NCBI GenBank assembly: GCA_964514175.1
Contig: CAZEPQ010000001.1
Span: 1 to 56,067 of the forward strand
DNA: 56,067 bases
DNA from: an uncultured Oscillospiraceae bacterium
GTDB taxonomy: Bacteria; Bacillota; Clostridia; Oscillospirales; Oscillospiraceae
Direction of reading: 5' to 3'
Shown in pieces: positions 28,815-38,787 of this stretch (the stretch's first letter is position 1; each line of letters opens with the position of its first letter). The notes below the pieces were generated by a model. It did not search any database. It had not been told where the DNA came from and saw only the letters and a list, made by a program, of their open reading frames with translations. A program made the translations under genes and the position numbers.

Positions 28815-30074
28815 ATGGCACACACCGAATCCAAACAGGCTTATTTCACGCCTTTTGATCCATTTAACACCCCTTACGCGGCACGGCTTCTGGGAAATCT
28901 GCTACTGTACTCCGATCAATTGAACCGAACCCCGGAGTTAAATGACCCGGAATTAGAGTTTTTACTGGACTGCTCCGGCTTTGGCCTTTTAATTTGCTCG
29001 GCAGCCTATGGCAGTGGATCGCCCAAAACCCTTCGGGAGCATGTACTTCAGCAGGAGGAAGCCTACGGCATCCTGTCGGAGGCGCTGCACCGGGGGACGG
29101 AAGAAAAATACTTCGCCATCACGGCAGAGCTTGAAAATCAGTTGGTAGCCCTTTTGATCCCTCGGGATAAAAAGCCGTTGTCTGAGGACGATTTTTCACG
29201 GCATCTCTCGGAAATTCTGGATGAATGCCTGGGGCATCTGACGGAACAGCGTAGGATTCCTGTATACAGCGTTTACAGTTTACAACCGGAGCTAAAACGA
29301 CTCAGCCACAGCTATATCCGAATGAAAAACGCCATCGTATTTCTGAATTACATTGAATCCGGCGCAGGCATCCTGACCCGATTAGCGGAGCTGGAAACCA
29401 AAGGGCACATTGGCCTGTGGAATCAGATGGAAGCTGGCAGCATGGCCTTTGTAGAAGCCTTTATCCAGGATGACGTTAGTGCGGCCCAGGCCCAGGTGGA
29501 TGAGATAATCGAAGCCATTCTTGCCTGGATCCCACCTTCAAAGGACAGTCTGATGACGGACATACAGTATTACTTCGACACCATTCTGAATCGGCTATCC
29601 TCTCGGTTTGGAAACGATGTGATCCAGGGGGTATCAGTGACAGAGGCAATCTTTGAGAGCACCAGTCTGCAGCATCTGCGGGAGAATCTCCGGGAAGTAG
29701 TCCAGGCTATGTTCCGGAATATGCAAAAAAAAGCCTCCAAAGATACTCGCAGTCTGTTCCTGGATGTGCAGAACTATATAGATGAACACATCCGAGACTA
29801 CACCCTTTCGGCCGGAAGCGCCGCAGCTCATTTTGGGCTAAGTCCCCAATTGCTATCGATCCAGTTCAAGAAGTGTTTTGGCGTAACACCCAGTCACTAC
29901 ATTGAACTACGGCGGATCGAACTGATCCAGCAGGACCTGATCTCCACAGACCTGCCCATTGAGAAAATCTGTCATCGGGTCGGTATGGGCAGCGTATCCA
30001 CCCTTCATCGGGTGTTTCAGAAGCACTGTGGACAAAGTCCAGGGGCATTCCGTAGAAACGCAAAATCCATATAA
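28815..30074 (+). CDS. AraC-family regulator with long receiver-less N-terminal domain (AraC-2)
   Basis: 419 aa. C-terminal HTH pair ...LSAGSAAAHFGLSPQLLSIQFKK...IEKICHRVGMGSVSTLHRVFQKH. Divergent from F2. Confidence 0.85.
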   Translation: MAHTESKQAYFTPFDPFNTPYAARLLGNLLLYSDQLNRTPELNDPELEFLLDCSGFGLLICSAAYGSGSPKTLREHVLQQEEAYGILSEALHRGTEEKYFAITAELENQLVALLIPRDKKPLSEDDFSRHLSEILDECLGHLTEQRRIPVYSVYSLQPELKRLSHSYIRMKNAIVFLNYIESGAGILTRLAELETKGHIGLWNQMEAGSMAFVEAFIQDDVSAAQAQVDEIIEAILAWIPPSKDSLMTDIQYYFDTILNRLSSRFGNDVIQGVSVTEAIFESTSLQHLRENLREVVQAMFRNMQKKASKDTRSLFLDVQNYIDEHIRDYTLSAGSAAAHFGLSPQLLSIQFKKCFGVTPSHYIELRRIELIQQDLISTDLPIEKICHRVGMGSVSTLHRVFQKHCGQSPGAFRRNAKSI

Positions 30075-30188
30075 TAGCAGAATATCAGGAGCAGAGCATA
30101 CGAAAAGATGCCCGGCTCCTGATATTCTTATAATTCATAGATTTAATGAATTTTATGAAATTGACAACACAGCCCATGGGTGATAAAC

Positions 30189-31091
30189 TCACTCTATAGA
30201 GGCATAAAAACTTGCAATTTCGTTGTAAAATGACAGCGCCGCGGCGGGAAAGTGATGCCCCTTGCGGAACGTGACGCCGATCGTTTTTTTCGAGAAATTG
30301 TCAGCCAGCTTCACATGGCAAATCTTATAGGTGGGAGCGTGCGCAAGGAAGACGGAGACACCCTCGGTAATAGAGTGGGGCGTGATCTCCACGGCCCGGC
30401 CTGCGCCGATGAGATATCCCGCGATATCGGTATCGTAGCCCTCATAGAGGATCTTTGGCTCAAAGCCTGCCATGTGGCACAGATCCAGGGTGGCGTTATT
30501 CATTCCATAGCCCAAATTCGTCGTAATAAAGTGATCCTGGGCAAAGTCACTGAGATAGGCATATTCCCTGTTTGCCAGTGGGTGGGATTCCGGTACCAGC
30601 ATGGTCAGATGATCCTCATACATAGGATGCCATACAAGATCCTCACCGGGAATCTGATCCGTACTGAGGCAAAAATCCACCGTGCCGTGCATCAGACTGG
30701 TACTCATCTGCTCCTTGGATTGCAGCAGACAATACATGCAGACCTCTGGGTTTGTCAGCATAAAGTCCCGTACCAGATGCTTAATAAATACATCCGCACT
30801 GACGCCCACCCGGACGGTCTTATCCTGGAGCCCCGCCATGCTGCGGACTTGATACATACCGCTTTCCAGGTTTACCAATGCCTGAGATCCATACTGGAGC
30901 AGGGTCTGACCGTAGCGGTTGACCCGGATTCCGCTGCCGTGGCGGTCCAGCAACTTGACCCCCAACTCGTTTTCCAGCTTTGCGATGGATTTCGACAGCG
31001 TGGACTGAGTCACATGCAGCGTTTCAGCTGCACGGGAAAAGCTTTCCATTCGGGCAATTTCTTTCAAATAGATGAGCTGTTGAATTTCCAT
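30189..31091 (-). CDS. LysR-family transcriptional regulator
   Basis: 300 aa. N-terminal HTH MEIQQLIYLKEIARMESFSRAAETLHVTQSTLSKSIAKLE. Divergent from the ABC operon. Confidence 0.9.
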   Translation of the reverse strand: MEIQQLIYLKEIARMESFSRAAETLHVTQSTLSKSIAKLENELGVKLLDRHGSGIRVNRYGQTLLQYGSQALVNLESGMYQVRSMAGLQDKTVRVGVSADVFIKHLVRDFMLTNPEVCMYCLLQSKEQMSTSLMHGTVDFCLSTDQIPGEDLVWHPMYEDHLTMLVPESHPLANREYAYLSDFAQDHFITTNLGYGMNNATLDLCHMAGFEPKILYEGYDTDIAGYLIGAGRAVEITPHSITEGVSVFLAHAPTYKICHVKLADNFSKKTIGVTFRKGHHFPAAALSFYNEIASFYASIE

Positions 31092-31109
31092 ATTGAAGCC
31101 CCCTCGGCT

Positions 31110-31123
31110 TTATCTTAGCATAA
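31110..31123. promoter_or_regulatory. candidate LysR box (T-N11-A type dyad)
   Basis: TTATcttagcATAA dyad in the LysR / operon intergenic region. Confidence 0.3.
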
Positions 31124-31165
31124 CCCCATTTTTAAGGCAATCTTTTTTGTATGGGAGGACAGAAA

Positions 31166-32197
31166 ATGAAGAAATGTGCTGTAGTTGGTCTGGGCGCCAT
31201 TGGCTGTCTGGTGGGTGCAGGCTTGATCCACGGCGGGGAGGATGTGACCCTGATCTCCGCATTCCAGAAGAAAAAAGCGGAATCCTTAAACGCCTCAGGT
31301 CTGCGACTTACCGGTGACGGAACGGATTTCCGTGTTCCGGTGAAGGCCAGATTCCTGGGCGATATGACCCTGGAGGAACAGTTTGACGTAATCTTCCTGG
31401 GACTTAAGTCCAACGATCTGGAGACTGTGATCCCCAGGCTTCTGCCCCATTTAAAGCAGGATGGCTGCATTGTCAGCCTGCAAAACGGCATCAACGAGGA
31501 ATATCTCGTATCTCAGGCCGGAGAGGGCCGTGTTGTCGCTGGCACCACCTTTGCCGGAGGTCGGCTGATCGCTCCGGACCACATGGAAAGCCACGAAGGC
31601 CACTTCTATGTGGGTGAGACAAACGGAACCGTAACGGAACGGACGAAGGCTGTGGCCCAGATGCTCAGCAAGGTTCGGCCCACGGAGGCCACAGCCCAGA
31701 TCCGGGGCTATCAGTGGGACAAGCTGGCAAGAGTATGCCTTTCCGTGCCCTCCGCCACCATTTCGGGGCTACATCTTGGCTCTGTATTCATGGAGCCCAA
31801 GCTGCAGAAGCTTTTTGCCCTACTGGCACTGGAGCTGTTCCGAGTGGCAGAAGCCGACGGTGCCCCCAGAGTCACCGTTGAGGAAAAGACCGAGGAGGAA
31901 TGGAAGAAAGTCCTCACCGGGGAGCTTACCGGCCTGGAAGGTCGTGTAGATTCCTGGCCTCCCGGAATCGTGGATGCATACACCGCCGATATCCAGAAGG
32001 GCAGGCCCCTGGAGATCGGCTTCACCAACGGCGCCGTAGTCCGTTTGGGTGAAAAGTATGGCGTACCGACGCCCATAAACCGCTTCATGGTAGAGACCAT
32101 CTTTGCCATTGAAGCAGGAAAAGAAACCCGTGGATTTCATCAGGTTCAAAAGGCATTGTCGCTGGCTGGAATCTCCGAGCCGCTGCTGGGCCAATGA
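31166..32197 (+). CDS. 2-dehydropantoate 2-reductase family (ApbA/PanE-like) NAD(P)-dependent oxidoreductase
   Basis: MKKCAVVGLGAIGCLVGAGL Rossmann motif directly after a GGGAGG RBS. About 343 aa, typical of the KPR family. Confidence 0.75.
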   Translation: MKKCAVVGLGAIGCLVGAGLIHGGEDVTLISAFQKKKAESLNASGLRLTGDGTDFRVPVKARFLGDMTLEEQFDVIFLGLKSNDLETVIPRLLPHLKQDGCIVSLQNGINEEYLVSQAGEGRVVAGTTFAGGRLIAPDHMESHEGHFYVGETNGTVTERTKAVAQMLSKVRPTEATAQIRGYQWDKLARVCLSVPSATISGLHLGSVFMEPKLQKLFALLALELFRVAEADGAPRVTVEEKTEEEWKKVLTGELTGLEGRVDSWPPGIVDAYTADIQKGRPLEIGFTNGAVVRLGEKYGVPTPINRFMVETIFAIEAGKETRGFHQVQKALSLAGISEPLLGQ

Positions 32198-32241
32198 ACC
32201 GGGATGTCCTGATATGAACTTTCTTTGAAGGAGGAAACAAA

Positions 32242-33885
32242 ATGAAAAAACTCATTGCGCTGCTGCTGGCTCTGACCATGGTTCTCGGTCTGTGTGCTTG
32301 TGGCGGTGACGCTGCCAGCACTGCTTCTGCTGCAGAAAGCACCGCTGCTGAGGCGTCCACTGAGGCTGCGGCTGCTCCCGAAGCAGATGCCGCCACCGAA
32401 ACCGAAACCGAGCCTGAGATCGAAGCTGAAGCTGCTCCCGTCGAGGACTCCGCTGAGCCCGAAACCCTGACTGTCGGCACCATGGACACCACCGACACCT
32501 TTGACCCCTGCCTTGCTTCCAGTTGCCGTATCGGCCTGATGATGGTTTACGACACCGTTCTTCAGCTGGACTACGAGACCCAGGAGGTCAAGCCCTGCAT
32601 CGCCACCGACTGGGAGTGGGTGGATGACACCACTCTGAAGCTCACCATCCGTGACGACGCTGTCTTCTCCAATGGCGACACCCTGACCCCCGAGGACGTT
32701 CTGTACTCCCTGTCCCGTTTCGTCTATGAGAACGACACCTTTGACCCCGGCTATGACAACATTGACTTCGACAACTGCACCATCGAAGGCAACGTCCTGA
32801 CCCTGAAGCTCCTGTCCGTGGACGCTGACTTCCTGGCTAATCTGGCCAATGACCAGTGGGCATCCGTTGTATGTAAGGCATATGTGGAAGCCAACCCCGA
32901 CTCCTGGTGGGACGCTCCCTGCGGCACCGGCGCTTACATCTGCACTGAGAACGCTGAAGGCTCCCATTCCAGCTATGAGCTCCGCGACTCCTACTGGGGA
33001 GAGATGCCTGATGCAGAGTATGTGGAGATCCGCCACTATTCCGAAGCTACTACCCTGATCGCTGACTTCGAGAACGGCGTTCTGGACATTGCACTGGACG
33101 TGGGCGAAACGGACTATCTGGCAGCTCTGGACGGCGTCTACGGCGAGGACGTCCAGACTCAGATGTACTCCACCTACGACGTTATTTCCGTACAGCTTCC
33201 CGAATACAACCCCACTTTTGACGACATCCGTGTCCGTCAGGCTATCGCAATGGCCATCGACTACACTGCTTTCACCAACGCTGTCTACGGTTCCCTGGGC
33301 ACCGTTTCCGATTCCTTCGCCATTGCCGGCATGCAGTACTACAGCTCCATCGGCGTGCATGAGTACAATCCCGAGCAGGCAAAGGCTCTGCTGGCTGAGG
33401 CCGGTGTTGAAAACCTGGAAATGAAGCTGGTCATTCCTTCTACCCCCTCCAACGAGAAGGCTGCCGTTATCCTTCAGGCATTCATGGCTGAGATCGGCAT
33501 CACCCTGAACGTGGAGTCCTATGACTTTGCAACTGCAATTCCCATTCTTATGGCCAACGGCACCGATATCTCCATCGGCGGCACCGGCGGCGGTACTTAT
33601 CTGATCTCCACCCTGATGGACAGCATCAGCATGTACAACACCAATGGCGCTGCAAGCGTCACCGATCCCGAATTCAACGGACATCTGGACACTGCTCTGG
33701 CAACTGTCGACGAAGAAGTCCGTGCCGCAGAGTACAAGGCTGCTCAGCAGTGGATCTTCGACAACTGCCGTACCATTCCCATCGCTTCTGCCAACGCTGT
33801 CAACCTGTACCATGGCAACATCGAGTACGTTCCCGGTCTGGTTGCCCGTACTCCCGACCTGAGCGCTGTCGTTATCACCGGCTGA
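32242..33885 (+). CDS. ABC substrate-binding lipoprotein, family 5 (peptide/nickel/opine type)
   Basis: MKKLIALLLALTMVLGLCACGG lipobox, an acidic linker, and 547 aa. Followed by Dpp/Opp-type permeases. Confidence 0.85.
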   Translation: MKKLIALLLALTMVLGLCACGGDAASTASAAESTAAEASTEAAAAPEADAATETETEPEIEAEAAPVEDSAEPETLTVGTMDTTDTFDPCLASSCRIGLMMVYDTVLQLDYETQEVKPCIATDWEWVDDTTLKLTIRDDAVFSNGDTLTPEDVLYSLSRFVYENDTFDPGYDNIDFDNCTIEGNVLTLKLLSVDADFLANLANDQWASVVCKAYVEANPDSWWDAPCGTGAYICTENAEGSHSSYELRDSYWGEMPDAEYVEIRHYSEATTLIADFENGVLDIALDVGETDYLAALDGVYGEDVQTQMYSTYDVISVQLPEYNPTFDDIRVRQAIAMAIDYTAFTNAVYGSLGTVSDSFAIAGMQYYSSIGVHEYNPEQAKALLAEAGVENLEMKLVIPSTPSNEKAAVILQAFMAEIGITLNVESYDFATAIPILMANGTDISIGGTGGGTYLISTLMDSISMYNTNGAASVTDPEFNGHLDTALATVDEEVRAAEYKAAQQWIFDNCRTIPIASANAVNLYHGNIEYVPGLVARTPDLSAVVITG

Positions 33886-33978
33886 TCTACTATCCCAACA
33901 AAAAGCGACCGAGGGGTGCGGGTCTTCACCCGCACCCTCATTCTTTCGGTTTCATATATCCCACACTGAGGTGATCTT

Positions 33979-34959
33979 ATGGCAAAATATATCCTTCGCA
34001 GACTGCTTTGGATCATTCCTGTTATGCTGGGCGTAATTCTGATCGTGTTTACCATCAACAGATTCTCTCCCGGCGACCCTGTGGCCGCAGAACTGGGCGG
34101 CAGCTACACGCAGGAACAGTATGACGCAAAGAAAGCGGAGCTGGGGCTTGACAGGCCCTTCTTTGTACAGTTTGCAGACTATATCAATGGTATCGTAACA
34201 GAGGGCGACCTGGGCAAGTCCTACCATACCGGACTTCCTGTGGCACAGTCCATTCTGGAGCGTCTGCCCGTCACATTTAAGCTGGCTATTATTTCGATTC
34301 TGATTGCGGTGGGCTTTGGCGTTCCCTTTGGGGTCATCTCCGCCACAAGACAGAACTCGATTCTGGACCGGGGCGTCACCTTCTTCTCCCTGGTTTTTGC
34401 GGCAATGCCCGGCTTCTGGCTGGCCCTTATGCTAATGATCGCATTTTCCATCAATATAAAAATCTTCCCTGCCTCCGGCACGGAGACCTGGAAGCACTGG
34501 ATACTGCCCGCACTGGCTTCCGGCACCTCCTTTATCGCATCCATCACCAGAATGACCCGTTCCTCCATGCTGGATGTGGTCCGTCAGGACTATATCACCA
34601 CAGCTCGTTCCAAGGGCCAGAAGGAGGGTGTGGTCATTCGGAAGCATGCTCTGCGGAATGCACTGATTCCCGTTATCACCACCGTTGGCACGCAGCTTGG
34701 TATTCTGGTTGCGGGCTCCGTAGTAGTCGAGACCATCTTTAATATGAATGGCCTGGGCTCTCTGATGATGACTGCCATCAACAATAAGGATTACCCCGTA
34801 ATTGAAGGCATCGTGCTGGTTCTGGCGGCTTTGATCTGCCTCATCAACCTGATCACCGACTTGGTGTATGGTTTCGTGGATCCCAGAATCATGGCCCAGT
34901 ATACCACAGGCAAGAAAAAGAAAGCGAAAACTGCTGAGAAGGGAGGCGCTGAAGCATGA
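33979..34959 (+). CDS. ABC permease (DppB/OppB-like)
   Basis: 326 aa. MAKYILRRLLWIIPVMLGVILIVF N-terminus and multiple TM segments typical of the family. Confidence 0.9.
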   Translation: MAKYILRRLLWIIPVMLGVILIVFTINRFSPGDPVAAELGGSYTQEQYDAKKAELGLDRPFFVQFADYINGIVTEGDLGKSYHTGLPVAQSILERLPVTFKLAIISILIAVGFGVPFGVISATRQNSILDRGVTFFSLVFAAMPGFWLALMLMIAFSINIKIFPASGTETWKHWILPALASGTSFIASITRMTRSSMLDVVRQDYITTARSKGQKEGVVIRKHALRNALIPVITTVGTQLGILVAGSVVVETIFNMNGLGSLMMTAINNKDYPVIEGIVLVLAALICLINLITDLVYGFVDPRIMAQYTTGKKKKAKTAEKGGAEA

Positions 34960-35846
34960 CCGATGTAACGAATAGCCCTTCTGCCCAGGTGGAGCAGAAC
35001 CGCAAGCGATCCCAGTTCCGGGATACCTGGCGCCGACTCAGAAAGAACAAGCTGGCAATGCTGGGACTTGCCATTGTACTGATTCTGATCCTGGCAGCTA
35101 TTTTTGCTGATTTCATTGCACCTTACGATCCTGCGGCGCAGGACCTTCTGCATATGCGTGAGATGCCCAGCAAGGAACATCTGCTGGGCACTGACGAGTA
35201 TGGTCGAGATATCCTGTCCCGTATTATCTACGGCGGCAGAGTCTCTCTGCTGGTTTCTGTCCTGGCCATCATCTTCGGTCTGGTGTTGGGCGGCATCTTT
35301 GGCATTTCCGCCGGTTATTTCGGTGGTATCTATGACGGTCTTGTCATGCGTCTGATGGATATTATGATGGCAATTCCAGGCTTCCTTTTGGCGGTATGTA
35401 TATCGGCGGCCCTGGGCGGCGGCGTTACCAATACAGCGTTGGCCATCGGTATCGGCTGTATACCGGGATATGCCCGATTGTTCCGTGCGCTGGTGCTGGG
35501 CATTCGGGACCAGGAGTACATCGAGGCAGCCAAGGTCACCGGCTCCTCCAATGCACGAATCATGTTCCGGCAAATCCTGCCCAACATTCTTTCCACCGTC
35601 ATCGTGGATACGACCCTCCGGATTGGCGGCTGTATTCTAATGATCTCCTCCCTGTCCTTTGTGGGCCTGGGCGTTCAGCCGCCCACACCGGAGTGGGGCT
35701 CCATGGTCTCCGCAGGCCGCAGCCTGATCCGTTCCTTCTGGCCTCTGGCGACCTTCCCCGGCCTGGCCATTATGCTGACCCTGTTTGGATTCAATCTTTT
35801 TGGCGACGGACTCCGGGATGCTCTGGATCCCAAGCTTAAGCAGTAA
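34956..35846 (+). CDS. ABC permease (DppC/OppC-like)
   Basis: 296 aa. The start overlaps the upstream stop. HLLGTDEYGRDILSRIIYG motif. Confidence 0.9.
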   Translation: MTDVTNSPSAQVEQNRKRSQFRDTWRRLRKNKLAMLGLAIVLILILAAIFADFIAPYDPAAQDLLHMREMPSKEHLLGTDEYGRDILSRIIYGGRVSLLVSVLAIIFGLVLGGIFGISAGYFGGIYDGLVMRLMDIMMAIPGFLLAVCISAALGGGVTNTALAIGIGCIPGYARLFRALVLGIRDQEYIEAAKVTGSSNARIMFRQILPNILSTVIVDTTLRIGGCILMISSLSFVGLGVQPPTPEWGSMVSAGRSLIRSFWPLATFPGLAIMLTLFGFNLFGDGLRDALDPKLKQ

Positions 35847-35858
35847 GGGGGGCGCGAC

Positions 35859-36839
35859 ATGAACGAAAAAATTCTTGAGGTACGCGACCTGTCCGTTCAC
35901 TTCTTCACAGAGGATGGCGACGTTGCGGCTGTAAACAGCATGAATATCTCTCTGGAGCGTGGAGATGTACTGGGTCTGGTGGGTGAAACCGGCGCAGGCA
36001 AGACCACCACCGCCAAGGCCATCCTCCAACTGATCCAGTCACCTCCCGGCAAAATCACCTCGGGTGAGATCCTCTTTGAGGGAGAAAACTTACTGGAAAA
36101 ATCGGAAAAAGAGATGCAGAAAATCCGTGGCGGCAAGATCTCTATGATCTTCCAGGATCCTATGACTGCACTGAATCCAGTCCTTTCTGTGGACGAGCAA
36201 ATCGCTGAGGTCATCCAGCTCCACAACGATGTGTCCAAGGCAGAATCCATTCAGAGAGCCCTGGAAATGCTGGAGAAGGTAGGCATTCCCGCATCCCGTG
36301 GCAAGGACTATCCCCATCAGTTCTCCGGCGGCATGAAGCAGCGTGTGGTCATTGCCATGGCCCTGGCATGCAACCCAGCCCTTCTGCTGGCAGACGAGCC
36401 TACTACAGCCCTGGATGTCACCATTCAGGCACAGGTACTGGACATGATGAAAGGTCTGAAGGACGAATTCGGCACATCCATGATTCTCATTACCCATGAC
36501 CTGGGCGTTGTAGCGGAGACCTGCAACAAGGTAGCCGTTATGTACGCCGGCGAGATCGTGGAATTTGGCACACTGGAGCACATTTTCCGCAATGCAAGCC
36601 ATCCCTATACCAAAGGCCTGTTTGCATCCCTGCCCAGCCTGGATCGAAAGGAGCGGCGGCTCCAGCCCATTCCTGGCCTGATGCCCGACCCTGCCAATCT
36701 TCCCGCAGGCTGTAAGTTTAATCCCCGCTGCAGCCAATGCCAGGAAGGAAACTGTGACGCACAGGCTCCCGCCATGGCAGAAATCGAGCCCGGACATTTT
36801 GTCCGCTGCCATCTAATGAACGGAAAGGAGGACGCATAA
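35859..36839 (+). CDS. ABC ATP-binding protein (DppD/OppD-like)
   Basis: Walker [10 protein letters not shown], signature FSGGMKQR, Walker [13 protein letters not shown], and a C-terminal oligopeptide-type extension. Confidence 0.9.
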   Translation: MNEKILEVRDLSVHFFTEDGDVAAVNSMNISLERGDVLGLVGETGAGKTTTAKAILQLIQSPPGKITSGEILFEGENLLEKSEKEMQKIRGGKISMIFQDPMTALNPVLSVDEQIAEVIQLHNDVSKAESIQRALEMLEKVGIPASRGKDYPHQFSGGMKQRVVIAMALACNPALLLADEPTTALDVTIQAQVLDMMKGLKDEFGTSMILITHDLGVVAETCNKVAVMYAGEIVEFGTLEHIFRNASHPYTKGLFASLPSLDRKERRLQPIPGLMPDPANLPAGCKFNPRCSQCQEGNCDAQAPAMAEIEPGHFVRCHLMNGKEDA

Positions 36840-37804
36840 TGGCACCCCAGCTTGAGGTTAAGAATCTGAAAAAGTACTTTAAGACTCCCTCCGGCATGCT
36901 CCATGCCGTTGATGACGTTTCCTTCACCATCGAGGCAGGCAAGACTCTGGGTGTCGTTGGCGAGTCCGGCTGCGGCAAGTCTACCCTTGGCCGTACCGTT
37001 CTGGGACTCCACGATGCCACCGAGGGAGAGGTTCTCTTTGAGGGCAAGCCCATTTCCGGCGGCAGCAGAAAGGAACGGAAGGAGCTGCGGCGGAATATGC
37101 AGCTCATCTTCCAAGACCCCTTCTCCTCCCTGAATCCCCGCTACTGTGTTTCTGAGCTGATCGCAGATCCTCTGAAAATCTATAAGGAATATAAGAACAA
37201 GGCAGATTTGCAGGATAAGGTTTACGAGCTGATGGATACCGTTGGCCTTGCCAGAAGACTGGCCTATGCCTATCCCCACGAACTGGACGGCGGACGCCGC
37301 CAGCGGATCGGCATTGCCCGGGCACTGGCCCTGAATCCCAAGTTCATCGTCTGTGACGAGCCGGTATCCGCTCTGGATGTGTCCATTCAGGCACAGATCC
37401 TGAATCTTCTCCAGGATCTCCAGGAGGAGAAAAAGCTCACCTATATCTTCATCACCCATGACCTGTCTGTCGTAAAGCATATTTCTGACGACATTCTGGT
37501 TATGTATCTCGGCACCGTAGTGGAAAAGTGTCCCTCGGATGACCTGTTCGAGGAGCCTCTGCACCCCTACACCAAGGGACTGTTGTCTGCAATTCCCATC
37601 CCTAACATTGATGTGAAACGGGAAAGGATTCTGCTCCAGGGTGAGCTCTCCTCGCCTGTGGATCCCAAGCCCGGATGCCGGTTTGCAGGCCGTTGCCCCT
37701 ACGCAACGGACAAGTGCAGAGCCGAATCCCCTGCGCTGGAGGAAGTAAAGCCCAATCACTTTGTTTCCTGCCATCACGTTCGGGAAATCAACGATAAAAT
37801 TTAA
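36839..37804 (+). CDS. ABC ATP-binding protein (DppF/OppF-like)
   Basis: Walker A GESGCGKST, signature LDGGRRQR, Walker B FIVCDEPVSALD. TAATG start/stop overlap. Confidence 0.9.
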   Translation: MAPQLEVKNLKKYFKTPSGMLHAVDDVSFTIEAGKTLGVVGESGCGKSTLGRTVLGLHDATEGEVLFEGKPISGGSRKERKELRRNMQLIFQDPFSSLNPRYCVSELIADPLKIYKEYKNKADLQDKVYELMDTVGLARRLAYAYPHELDGGRRQRIGIARALALNPKFIVCDEPVSALDVSIQAQILNLLQDLQEEKKLTYIFITHDLSVVKHISDDILVMYLGTVVEKCPSDDLFEEPLHPYTKGLLSAIPIPNIDVKRERILLQGELSSPVDPKPGCRFAGRCPYATDKCRAESPALEEVKPNHFVSCHHVREINDKI

Positions 37805-37816
37805 GGAGGATCATCC

Positions 37817-38653
37817 ATGGCAACAGTAATGAACCCCAGAAGAGTTCTTCTGATGTACGCAACCATGACAAAAAATACCCAGAAAATCGCCGAGTGCTTC
37901 AAAGAGACCTTTGAGCATTACGGCTGGGAGGTCACCTTTGTAAAGGTGGCCGGCAGCACTGACTGGGCAGGACTTCAGGATCAGCTCTACTTTGACGACT
38001 ACGATCTCATTTGCCTGGGCAGCCCCATCGTAGGCGGCTTCCCGCTGCAGTCTGTCATCAAAGCCTTCTCCTTTGGCGCAGGCGGCGCTCTGGAGAAGGA
38101 GGTCCAGGACAACCTGAACAGCAAGAAGGCCGATGCCGCGGCAGCTGCCAAGAAGCCCGAGGGCGCTACCTGGAGACGTACCAAGGCTCCTTCTCCCGGT
38201 ATGGCGGATCACGCTGCTCGCAGACCTTACGGCATCGTATTTACCACCTACGGCGGCGGTTTCTATGGCACCGACGAAGCAACCTGTACCCTTGAAACCC
38301 TGAAGATGTACCTAAAGCTCAACAACGTGGATGTAATTGGACGCTTCTCCTGTGGCGGCAAGGAAACCGGCCCTGCGGGGTATCCTCTGGGTGTGAAACC
38401 CAAGAAAGATTTTGTCCCCGGCAAAAAGAACGTAGGGGAAGATGCAGACATCTGCGATGCCGTACTCTATACCATGGGTGACGGCACTCAGGTTCCCGGT
38501 TCTTACTTTGTCCACTATGACAACGACAACAAGCCCGGTCCCAGAGAACAGATGAAAGCCAAAGCCTTTATCGCCGATATCATCGAAGACTTCTTCATGA
38601 CCTATGACGGCGTGCCCAATCCCCCCTTGTCCGAAATCGTATCCCTCAGTTAA
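37817..38653 (+). CDS. long flavodoxin-like protein, divergent paralog F3
   Basis: It shares its architecture with F1/F2: VLLMYATMTKNTQ, DYDLICLGSPIVGG, TTYGGGFYG, IGRFSCGGKE, and AKAFIADIIEDFFMT near the C-terminus. The phosphate loop is degenerate. AAGGAGG RBS. Confidence 0.6.
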   Translation: MATVMNPRRVLLMYATMTKNTQKIAECFKETFEHYGWEVTFVKVAGSTDWAGLQDQLYFDDYDLICLGSPIVGGFPLQSVIKAFSFGAGGALEKEVQDNLNSKKADAAAAAKKPEGATWRRTKAPSPGMADHAARRPYGIVFTTYGGGFYGTDEATCTLETLKMYLKLNNVDVIGRFSCGGKETGPAGYPLGVKPKKDFVPGKKNVGEDADICDAVLYTMGDGTQVPGSYFVHYDNDNKPGPREQMKAKAFIADIIEDFFMTYDGVPNPPLSEIVSLS

Positions 38654-38787
38654 GGCTTCTGCCGAAAGCTGTCCATATCCGTTTTGGGTATAAACTTGTC
38701 CCATGCGGATAAGCCAGATGCCTCCCCTTCGGCAAACAACATGCTCGAAGAGGAGATACTCCACCTTAAATTTCAGGAGGCATTTTT

